Source: Chiloscyllium plagiosum (taxonomy: Eukaryota). From it: a stretch of 49,028 nucleotides of DNA. The notes under the pieces were generated by a model, which did not search any database, was not told the DNA's origin, and saw nothing but the letters and a program-made list of their open reading frames with translations. Below are positions 1 through 9,750 of this stretch, one piece after another. The stretch's first letter is position 1; the number at the start of each line of letters is the position of its first letter. The stretch is taken from the NCBI RefSeq assembly GCF_004010195.1, contig NC_057754.1, positions 10,860,588 through 10,909,615 of the forward strand, read 5' to 3'. A program made the position numbers and the translations under genes.

Positions 1-148
1 CCCCAAGTCCCTCCTCCCTACCTTTTATCTTAACCTGCTGGACAAACTTTCCTCATTCCTGAAGAAGGGCTCATTCCAGAAACGTCGATTCTCCTGCTCC
101 TTGGATTCTGCCTGACCTGCTGCGCTTTTCCAGCAACGCATTTTCAGC
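1..148 (+). mobile_element. Penelope-like element 3' pLTR fragment with a degenerate hammerhead-like motif (59-87)
   Basis: CTGAAGAAGGGCTCATTCCAGAAACGTCGATTCTCCTGCTCC...GCGCTTTTCCAGCAAC matches the pLTR seen after the GIY-YIG tail at 8560-8676 and 29900-29994. Confidence 0.8.
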
Positions 149-246
149 CTTGGCCCATATCCCTCTAAAACCTTCCTATTCATGTCCCCATCCAAATGCC
201 TTCTAAATGCTGTTATTGTACTAGCCTTTACCACCTCCACCACCAT

Positions 247-1763
247 GTATGAAGGTGGATAAATCTCCTGGTCCTGACCAGATATATCGAAGAACACTGA
301 AATAGGCTAGAGAAGAAATGGCAGGGGCTGGCTGATATTCTTGCATCATTATTAGCCATGGGTGAGGTCCCAGAAGACTGGAAAGAAGGGCTGCAAAGAA
401 AAGCTTGGGAACCATAGAGCAGTAAGCTTAACATCAGATCTGGGTAAGTTACTTGAGAAGATTCTGTGGGATAAAACATACATGCATTTGGAAGGACAGG
501 GTTTGATTACAAATAATATGGCTTTGTGTGTGGGAGATCATGCTGCACAAATTTATCAGAATTCTTTGATAAAGTGACCAGGAAGGTTGATGAGGGCAGG
601 GCAGTAGATGTAGTATATATGGATTTCAAAAAGGCCTTTGAGAAGGTTCCATACGGTAGGCGGCTCTGTAAAGTTAGGTTGCATGGAATCCAGGGGGAAC
701 TGGCAAATTGGATACCCAATTGGCTTGATGGTAGGAAGCAGAGGGTAACAGTGAAAGGATGCTTGTCGGACTGGAGGCCTGAGACTCATGGAGTAACCAG
801 GGGTGGTTGCTCATTGCTATTTGTTATCTATATCAATGATTTGGATGAGAATGTACAAGGCATGATTAGTGAGTTTGCTGATGACACTAAAATAGGCAGT
901 AACGTGAATAGTGGGGGAAGGTTATCTGAAATTGCAGCAGGACCTTGATCAACTGGGGAAATGGGCTGAGAAATGGCAAAAGGAGTTTAATATGGATAAA
1001 TGTGACGTCTTGCATTTTGGAAATTCAATCAAGGTAGGAGTTTCGTGGTGACTGGTAGGGCCTTAAAGAGTGTCATGGAACAAGGGGACCTTGGAGTTCA
1101 GGTGCACGGTTCTCTGAAAGTGGAGTCACAGGTAGACAGGGCAGTGAAGAAGGCTTTTGGCACACTGGCCTTCATCAGTCAGGGCATTGAACATAGAAGT
1201 TGGAAAGTTATGCTGCAGTTATACAGGACACTAGTGAGGCCACACTTGCTGAGTATTGCATCCAGTGTTGGTCACCTTGCTATAGGAAGGATTTTATTAA
1301 ACTGGAAAGAGTACAGAAGAAATTTACAAGGATGTTGCCTGAACTCAATGGTCAGAGGTTAGACAAGCTAGGATTTTTTTTGGAGCTTAGGAGACTGAGG
1401 GGGAACCTTGTCGAGGTATGTTAACTCATGAGAAGCATGGATAGGGTGAATGCACTCAGTTTTTTCCCAGGGTTGGGAATTGAGGACCAGCGGACATCAG
1501 TTTAGGTTAGAGTAGAAAGAATAAAAAGGAACCCGAGGGGCAACCTTTTTATACAGATTGTGGTACACATGTGGAATGAGGTGTCAGTGGAGGGGGCTGA
1601 GGTACATTAACAACATTTAAAAGGCATTTGGACAAATACATGAATAGGAAAGGATTAGAATGATATGGGCCAAATGCAGGGAATGGGTTAGCATGGATGA
1701 ACATTTTGATTGGCATGAATTAGTTTGGGCCAAAGGTCCTGTCTCTGTGCTGTGGACTCTATA
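247..1763 (+). mobile_element. 5'-truncated CR1 (HER1-like) LINE: RT and 3' UTR, frameshifted
   Basis: Fragments VDVVYMDFKKAFEKVP, LFVIYINDLD, FADDTKIG, YCIQCWSP and KLERVQKKFTRMLP, followed by a CR1 3' tail. An inverted 3'-tail piece lies at ~150-246. Confidence 0.92.
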
Positions 1764-1769
1764 ACTTCC

Positions 1770-2830
1770 ACTGGCAGCTTATTCCATACATGCACCCACC
1801 CACTGCATGAAAAAGTTGTTTCTTAGGTTCATTTTAAATATTTTCCCTCTCACTTTAAAATCTATGATCTCTACTTTTGGACTCCTGGAGCAAAGACTTT
1901 GGATATTCACCCTCGTCATGCTCCTCATGGTTTTAGAAACCTCTATATGGTCATCCCTCAGCTTCCAGGAAAATAGCCTATTCAGCCTCTCCTCATTGCT
2001 CAAACACTCCAAACCTGGCAACATCCTTATAAATCTTTTCTGAACACTTTCAAGTTTCACAACATCTTTCCTTTAGCAGAAAGACCAGAATTGAATGCAG
2101 TATTCAAAAAAATGGCCTTATCATTATCCTGTACAGCTGCAACTTGACTTCCCAACTCCTATTCTCAATGCACTGAACAATAAAGACAAGTGTACCAAAC
2201 TTCTTCTTCACTACCCTATCCACCTACAAACTCACTTTCAAAGAATTGTGAACCTTCACTCCAAGGTCTCACTGTTTGGCAACACTCCACAGGACCATAC
2301 CATTAAAAGTATAAGTCTTACCCTGATTTGCCCTAATAAATTGCAGCACCTCACCTTTTTCTAAATTAAACTCCATCTGCCATTGCCCATCTTAGATTAG
2401 ATTAGATTACTTACAGTGTGGAAACAGGCCCTTCGGCCCAACAAGTCCACACCGACCCGCCGAATTGCAACCCACCCATACCCCTACATTTACCCCTTTA
2501 ACCTAACACTACGGGCAATTTAGCATGGCTGATTCACCTGACCTGCACATCTTTGGACTGTGGGAGGAAACCGGAGCACCCGGAGGAAACCCACGCAGAC
2601 ACGGGGAGAATGTGCAAACTCCACACAGTCAGTCGCCTGAGTCGGGAATTGAACCCAGTGCTAACCACTGTGCCACCGTGCCACCCAGTGTGCCACCGTG
2701 CCGCCCATCTGATCAAGGTCCCATTGGACTCGGAAATTGATGTCTTTGCAGTTCACTACACCACCAATTTTGTTGTCAGTGGCAAACTTACGAACCATAC
2801 CTCCTATATTCACATCCAAATTGTTTATAT
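1770..2830 (-). mobile_element. CR1 LINE 3' fragment interrupted by a SINE
   Basis: Minus-strand ORF 1779-2060 KLESVQKRFIRMLPGLE; RT remnant continues to ~2830. Confidence 0.88.
2393..2702 (-). mobile_element. HE1-type tRNA-derived SINE
   Basis: Homologous to the SINE copies at 16103, 30228 and 38359; (TCTAA)n tail; GCCCATCT duplicated on both flanks. Confidence 0.9.
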
Positions 2831-2867
2831 ACTTGACAAAAAAATTTGCTTGGTGTTTAATATTTGC

Positions 2868-2960
2868 CCTTCTGTTCTAATATGCTGCAAAAGAAGTTGA
2901 CAAAAGTCATCACTGCCAGTGCAGGATAGAAATTCAGAAATCAATTCCAGTTTCAAAAAA
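2868..2960 (-). pseudogene. Remnant splice acceptor and leader exon of a ZF-gene cassette; downstream part replaced by CR1
   Basis: The minus-strand TCCTGCACTGGCAGTGATGACTTTTGTCAACTTCTTTTGCAG|CATATTAG resembles the acceptor at 31720-31780 and those preceding the ZF pseudogenes (~6615-6690, ~27180-27260). Confidence 0.55.
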
Positions 2961-3239
2961 ACATTATCCTCTCCTGTTCCCCAAATCTAATTCCACACCT
3001 TCTTCTTTGGACTGAAATCCAAACCCATCTCCCCACCTCTTTCCTCCAATCCTAGTTTTCTCCCTCCCTCTCCTTTCCCTAGAGTCAGTTCTCCTGTCTG
3101 CCGACAGAGAATCAAAACAACAAGTCTGATTCAGGGTTTTGAGTCTCCAGCAGGTGTTGCTGAATAGTCCCTGCCCACCTCCCAGGCTTTCTTTCTCAAT
3201 CAGAGCCTCATTGATTCACCCCTGAAGAAAGACACACCT

Positions 3240-3870
3240 TTCCCTCACCAAGATGGCGGTCAGTTGCCCAGTGACATGGGGCAGCACCGTGGCTCAGTGG
3301 TTGGCACTGCTGCCTTACAGCACAAAGGACCCAGGCTCGATATCATCTCGGGCAACTGTCTGTGTGGAGTTTGTGCATCTCCCAGCGTCTGCTTGGGTTT
3401 CCCCCAGGTCCTCCCACAATCCAAAGATGTGCACATTAGGTTAATTGGCCATAGTGTTCAGGGATGTTCAGGTTAGGTGAATGTAGAGTAATGGGGAATG
3501 GTTAGGGTGAGTTACTCTTCAGAGGGTCGTTGTGGACTTGTTGAGCCGAAGGGCCTGTTTCCATACTGTAGAATTCAATGATTCTATGACAAGCCCTGCC
3601 CTCACCAAGATGGCAATCAGTGATTATTCCCCCATGGCCTCAGGCCCACCCTCGGAGTTGAAAACTCCCCAGATCTGCACGCTCCCCACCCAAGGTTATC
3701 CATCATTCCTACCCAGTCTCACAAACTCCTCGCCCTGGGGTAGCAGTATCTTGTCACTCAGGCCTGGTGATCTGCCCAGGGGGTTTCTGAAGTCTTCCTT
3801 GCCCAGCTGCTAGTTCGTTACCTTTCCGACAGCTCCGATTCATACCTCGCAAGGCGGCCCAGCTTCTTGA
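3240..3870 (-). promoter_or_regulatory. Putative promoter or first-exon region with two YY1-type motifs (AAGATGGC), split by a SINE
   Basis: CCCTCACCAAGATGGC occurs at 3242-3257 and 3599-3614; elevated GC and CpG; lies upstream of the acceptor remnant at 2868-2960. Confidence 0.45.
3277..3590 (+). mobile_element. HE1-type SINE
   Basis: GGGGCAGCACCGTGGCTCAGTGGTTGGCACTGCTGCC A-box head, B-box-like GGCTCGATATC, CR1-like tail ending GATTCTATGA. Confidence 0.9.
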
Positions 3871-3871
3871 G

Positions 3872-4677
3872 GAAGTTACAAATCACACAACACCAGGTTA
3901 TAGTCCAACAGGTTTATTTAGAAGCACTCCTGTTTGGAGCACCACTCCTTCTTCACATGGTAGGAACATAAAACACAAAATTTATAGCAAAACATTAATG
4001 TGATGCAAATAAAGTGATATATTTAACAAACTTCAATTGCTGTTAAGTCTTCCATCTTTTAGAAGGGGTTACAGGTTTCTGTTTATTAATACGTAAATCC
4101 CAAAACTTCTTTTAAGTCACATTCTCAAGGTAAGTTAAGGTTTTACAAAACAAGGTGACATTTCAGCTCAGACAATACCTTAAAGGTGTGAGGTCAGAGT
4201 TTGTCTGTATCCCAATCGTGACTCAGACTGGGTCTACTTCCAAAGTGGAATTTACAAAATATTATATGAATTGACTGTCTGAAATGACTGCCCACAATTT
4301 GTGTACTTTTTGAGCAAAATAGAACAAATCTGTAAGTATAATTTTGAAAATACAAATTCACCACACAGACTTATATGTGTGTGCGCATGCAGGGGAGAGG
4401 GGGAAGAGGGGGAGAGAGAGTGTAGTGGCCGACATGAATCCAAGTTCTCAGTTGCAGCCATTCTCATGGGTACCGAACTTGGCTATCAGCCTCTGCTCAG
4501 CTACTTTCCATTGTTGTCTGTCCTGAAGTCTGTCTTGGAGGATGGTCACCTGAAGATCCGAGGCTGAATATCCCTGACTGCTGAAGTATACCCCAACTGG
4601 TAGGGAATGCCCCTGTCTGGTGATGGTTGTGTGGTGTCCATTCATCTGTTGTCACAGTGTCTGCTTAGTGTTGCCAA
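3872..4677 (-). mobile_element. Penelope-like element (second family): GIY-YIG C-terminus and pLTR
   Basis: ORF 4448-4645 HSLPVGVYFSSQGYSASDLQVTILQ...AEQRLIAKFGTHENGCN is a PLE endonuclease tail; pLTR homologous to 46359-46555 and 47280-47526. Confidence 0.8.
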
Positions 4678-5012
4678 GTGGGATAGAATTGAAAAGCGGG
4701 GAGATGATGTTCAAATTACTTTGAACTGTGGTTAGTTGCCATTGGCAGCACTGTCACCATTTATCATTTCCATTTTGAAAAAGGAAAGAGTCACTGGGGA
4801 CGGTGTCACACAGAAGCACATGAAGAACACCAAAGCTGAGAGCATTTAACTCTCAGGAAAGACCAGAAAGTTTTTCTTTTGAAAAAATGGTTCAAAGGTG
4901 ACCTGACGGATGTCTTCAAGGTGATGAACGGCTTTAAAATCCATTAGTGAATACAAGAGAAACCTCTTCAACTCAATGACAGGTGAGAATGTGGAACTCT
5001 CTCCCACATTGG

Positions 5013-5315
5013 AGAGGCCTAGTGGCATTATCACTGGCCTGTTCATCCCGAGACCCAGATAATGTTCTGGGTACCGAGGCTCGAATCCTGTCATGGTAGA
5101 TGGAGGGATTTGAATTCAATAAAAAGTCCAGTATTGTTGGAAAAACCTATTCAGTTCATGAATGCCCTTTAGGGGAGGAAATTACCATCCTTGTCTGGCC
5201 AACATGTGACTCTAGGCCATAGTAATGTGGTTGACTCTTAACCCCTCTGGACGATTAGGGATAGGTGATAAAGTTGCTTAGCCCGTGTTGTCCTTGTCCT
5301 ATGAATGAATCAAGA
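5013..5315 (+). mobile_element. Second tRNA-derived SINE family
   Basis: A-box-like TAGTGGCATTATC and B-box-like GGCTCGAATCC; the 3' end (AGGGAT...GTCCTATGAATGAAT) resembles the 3' end of the LINE at 23390-25195. Confidence 0.6.
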
Positions 5316-6105
5316 ATAAAGGGACAGCAAGTGGTTGACGTGGACAGCAGGAATATATTTAAGGAGAAGCTGGATACATACATGAGGGAGAAAGGAATAG
5401 AAGGATATGCTGAAGGGGGAGGTGAAGAGAGAATGGTGGAGGCTCACGTGGAGCGTAAATATGGTCAGAGATCAATTGAGTCGATCGATTCTATAGTATA
5501 GGACCAGACCAATGAGGCAGAAACATGTATTCATTGTAGATTTTGTAGTGGAAGGAAATACATTATTTCATTTTTGGCTGTAAATAATTATCCTTCACAG
5601 ATTTTATGGAACATTTCCTTGGGAATATGCACCCGTTGACTTAAAGGGCACCAGCCTCACTGGAAGCAAAGTGGTGAGAGCGGCCAGTCCAGCCGAAAGA
5701 AACCCTCTGACCCACTCACTTCACTCACTGTCCAAATGAAAATGGCTCAGGCTTGGATGAGATATTCCCTCATTTTTAAATTAATTCATGGCACAGTATC
5801 AATGTCCAAGTCAGCACTCATTGCCCATCCCAAATTGTCCTGCTTGAGAAGGTGATGGTGAGCTGCCTTCTGGGACTACAGGGCCCCTTGTAGTACAGGG
5901 GCACTCACACTGCTGTCAGAGAGGAGTTCCTGGATTTTGACGCTGCAACAGTGAAGGAACAGCCAATATAGTTCCAAGGCAGGATGGAGTGCAACACGGA
6001 GGGGAGCTTGTAGATGATGACAATCTCATGTAACTGTTCTTTGACATTTTAGAGATTGAGCATGAATGTTGTTGCTGATTAACAGCTGACCCAACTCCTG
6101 TATTC

Positions 6106-6533
6106 ACTTGTGAATTCACTCATGTTTTCTCAGATTTGATGACTGTGGTAAGCGCTTCCCACAGTCAGGGCAGATGAATGGCTCTCCCCAGTATGAACTC
6201 ACTGGTGTTCATGTAGACCAAATAAATCTCTAAATTGCTTCCCACAGTTGGAGTACTTAAGTGGCCTCTCCCCAATGTGAACTCACTGATGCACCTGCAG
6301 ACTGGATAACAGTGATTATTTTTCCATAGTCCAAACAGGTAGATGGGCTCTCTCCAGTGTGAGCCCGCTGATGTTTTAACACAGTGAAATATTTACTGAA
6401 TTTTTTCCCACACTCAGAGCAGATGAACAGCCTCTCTCCAGCGGCAGCACGCTACTTGGGGTGAGCATCTCACTGCTCTTCCAGTTAAATTGATGTTTAA
6501 AACCTTTGATGCCGACAGAACAGACAAACATTT
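6106..6533 (-). pseudogene. C2H2 zinc-finger pseudogene (about 4 decayed fingers)
   Basis: Minus-strand translation MFVCSVG...[29 protein letters not shown]...HQ*VHIGERP...HQ*VHTGE...FICPDCGKRLPQSSNLRKHE*IHK, with frameshifts and in-frame TGA. Confidence 0.85.
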
Positions 6534-6854
6534 ATCCAGTTACGGTTATTTAAGTCCTGGTTAATTTAGTCATTGTCTGCACATGGTGTTTGAGGTTTCT
6601 GTCTGCAAATCATACCCTTCTAGCATCCTGTAAAAAGAATTATGAAAGGAATAAAATCAGATTAGAAACTCAGAACAGACAAATCTAGTTTCTCTGGAAT
6701 ACCTTTTTGCTCTCTCTTCCCCCAAGTCTGTAAACCTCCACCCCCAACACTCTCTCCCACCATTCTCACTCTGCTGTCCCTAATATACACCCTCCCCATT
6801 CTCCTGAATGTGCTGCTGAACAGATCCATGCTGGACAGACTCTGCCCCATTCCT

Positions 6855-7082
6855 AGATTAGAGTGGTGCTGGAAAAGCACAGCAGGCCAGCAGCATCCGA
6901 GGAGCAGGAAAATCGACATTTCAGGCAAAAGTCCTTCATCACGAAAGCCCTTTCCTGAAGAAGGGCTTTTGCCTGAAACATCAATTTTGCTGCTCCTCGG
7001 ATGCTGCCTGACCTGCTGTGTTTTTCCAGCACCACTCTGTTTAAGACTCTGATTTCCGACATCTGGAGTTCTCACTTTCGCC
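6855..7082. mobile_element. Palindromic Penelope-pLTR-derived mini-insertion
   Basis: Inverted pLTR arms; TSD CTCTG(C/G)CCCATTCCT at 6840-6854 and 7083-7097; hammerhead-like motif at 6955-6982. Confidence 0.85.
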
Positions 7083-7759
7083 CTCTGGCCCATTCCTGAT
7101 GTTCTTCACTTCCTTTCCCATCAGTTGCTAAAGTCAATAATTTAACCCAATATCTTTTTAAAAAAGGAATATTAAAGACAGTATTATGCTCACAGGCGTT
7201 GGACAGAGATAGAAGTTTCAGTCTGGGTGGAGATCAATCTTCACTGAGACAGAGAGAGGGAGAGAAGCAGCAACAGCAGCTTTGCTGGGCAGGAATGCGT
7301 AGCTGCAGAAGGTCAAAAGACCAAAAACAGAAATTGCTGGAAAAACTCAGCAGGTCCAAGACCCTTCTTCAAAAGCTCATTGCTTAATGTCTGCACTCAA
7401 ACAGTAAGAGAGCTCTGATTGGCTGGAGGACCAGAGTGCCTCTGGTCCTCCCACCGTTTCCCATTTGTCGATGCTTTGATGATTGGGAATAAAATCGGAC
7501 CCACATGGGGTTGGAGGCACTTTGACCCAACATCTGAAACTGCCGACTAATACAAAATGCAAGTGCTGTTGTCCTCCAGCCAATCACATCTATTCTGCCT
7601 TCTACAATGCTTTTGTCTTTTGCTGTGGGTACTCCCGCAATGTGTTCCATTTACCCCTTCACTCCTTTTGCTCACAGATTAAAAAGGATGATTTTCTAGC
7701 TCCTTTCAGTTGCAAAGAATCGTACCAGACGAGAAATATTAACTTGTGTTTTCTCTCCA

Positions 7760-8855
7760 CAGATGACACCAAAACTGGAGGTGCAGTGCATAGCCAAGAA
7801 GGTTGTCTCAGAGTACAACAAGACTTTGATCAGACTGGTCACTGAATGGCAGATAACTTTAATTTAGATAAATGTGAGGTGCTGCACTTTGGAAAGGCAA
7901 ATCAGGGCATGTCTTACATATTTAATGCTCAGCTCCTGGGGAGTGTTGCTGAACAAAGAAACCTCGGTTCATAGTTACTTGAAAGTAGAGTCGCAGGTCG
8001 ACAGGATAGTGAAGAAGGTATTTGGTACGCTTGCTTTTAGTAGTCCATGTTGCGCTGTACTGTTAGGCTACTTTTAGAATACTGCATTCAATTCTGGTCT
8101 CCCTGCTATAGGAAGGATGTTGTGAAGATTTGCAAGGATGTTGCCAGGGTTGGAAGGTTTAAGTGATAGGGAGAGGCTGAATAGGCTGAGGTTATTTTCC
8201 CTAGAGCATCAGACACTGAAGCGTGACCTTACTGAAGTTCATAAAATCATAAGGGGCATAAACAGGGTGATAGGTCAAGGTATTTTCTCCAGGGTGGCAG
8301 AATCCAAAACTAGAGAGCATAGGTTTAAGATGAGACCAGGACCAACCAACCCAACCACCCCATGGCTCAACACTTCAACTCCCCCTCCCACTCCACCAAG
8401 GACATGCAGGTCCTTGGATTCCTCCATCGCCAGACCATAGCAACACGACGGTTGGAGGAAGAACACCTCATCGTCTGTCTAGGAACCCTCCAACCACAAG
8501 GGATGAACTCAGATTTCTCCACTTTCCTCATTTCCCCTCCCCCCACCTTGTCTCAGTCAAATCATGCCCGAAACGTCGATTCTCCTGCTCCTTGGATGCT
8601 GCCTGACCTGCTGCACTTTTCCAGCAACACATTTTCAGCTCTGATCTCCAGCATCTGCAGTCCTCACTTTCTCCTCAAAGGAATTGGTGGAGGCTGGTAG
8701 AATTATACAGTTTAAAATGCACCTGGATGGATATATGACTGGAAAAGGTTTAGAGGAATATGGGCCAAATGCTGGTAAATGGGACTAGATTTATTTAGCA
8801 CATAGAGTTGGAATGGATGAGTTGGACCACAGATGCTGCACACCTCTATGACTCC
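7760..8855 (+). mobile_element. CR1 3' fragment with a nested Penelope fragment
   Basis: DDTKTGG, KVESQVDRIVKK and MLPGLEGLSDRERLNRLRLFSLE, then a CR1 3' tail. Confidence 0.85.
8335..8678 (+). mobile_element. Penelope-like element 3' fragment (GIY-YIG tail and pLTR)
   Basis: AQHFNSPSHSTKDMQVLG...RRLEEEHLIVCLGTLQPQGMNSDF, near-identical in kind to the ORF 28980-29693 tail. Confidence 0.85.
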
Positions 8856-8929
8856 TTAATAAAACAGACTCTCCAATTCTGAAGAACCTGGTTGATCAAT
8901 GATAATCCTTTTACTGAAAGACTAGGACC

Positions 8930-9497
8930 CCTGACGATGCCGCTCCTTTAACAATGTTATTCTGTCCTTGGCTTTTCTCAAGAGGGATCGTTAAGGCAGA
9001 GGTTCCCATATGTCTGGAAATATCTGCTTGAAACAGCTTTTAAGTTTTTTTATTAAAACACTTGCACAATAAAAAGGCGAGTGGCCAGTTCTCCGAGTAA
9101 AGCATTTTTTTTCTAGTTTTGGGTTAGTTTTAACTGGTGACCTAAAGAACCAGCTCCATGCTGATCCTGTCTCTCTGTGACATTCCTCTCCTGTAAAACC
9201 CTATGCCTGAATTTACCTTTATGCCAATGGGTGTGTTATGGGATGTTGCAGGAAATCAGAATAGCTCTTTGTTAAGGTGCGTATTCACATCGCTGAGTTT
9301 TCAAATAGATATGGTACTCTAAATTTGGTTTTCTTTTGTTCACGTGTAAATAAATTGTATTTTGTTTAAAACTGGTGATTTGACCAATTGCATTGCTCTT
9401 GGAATATTCACCTGATATCTGCTTAAAATAACTAGAAAAGTTAGGGTCTGGGCTATCTTCTTGAAATGTTTTCAGAGGTCTAGCCTCATCCATAACA
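8930..9497 (+). repeat. 5' LTR of the Gmr1-like element
   Basis: Colinear homology with 19489-19652 plus 23003-23320; contains AATAAA; ends CATAACA. Confidence 0.85.
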
Positions 9498-9500
9498 GAT

Positions 9501-9518
9501 TGGGGGCTCTTTGTGGGT
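9501..9518 (+). promoter_or_regulatory. Primer-binding site, degenerate tRNA-Pro type
   Basis: TGGGGGCTC 3 bp after the LTR end matches the start of the tRNA-Pro PBS (TGGGGGCTCGTCCGGGAT); the distal half has decayed. Confidence 0.7.
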
Positions 9519-9640
9519 TTTGTTCTATCGTTCCGATTTGGGATTAGGGCTGTTGGACTGAAAGACAGCGACTGGCAGGTGTTAGTGATTTCTGTTCCGG
9601 GTGTTGAATTCAATTGGTTTAAACAGTGTTTGGTGTGGTA

Positions 9641-9750
9641 ATGGCTCTTTCAGTTACTCAAAGTTTTCTGGTGATGGAAGACTTACATCAGGTGAACAAG
9701 GCAAAACTGCTGGAATTGGCAGACAAGCTGGAGTTAGAGTTACCTTCGTC
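9641..9750 (+). pseudogene. gag N-terminus, cut by the CR1 insertion
   Basis: ATG at 9641: MALSVTQSFLVMEDLHQVNKAKLLELADKLELELPS; gag-like sequence resumes at ~13818. Confidence 0.65.
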
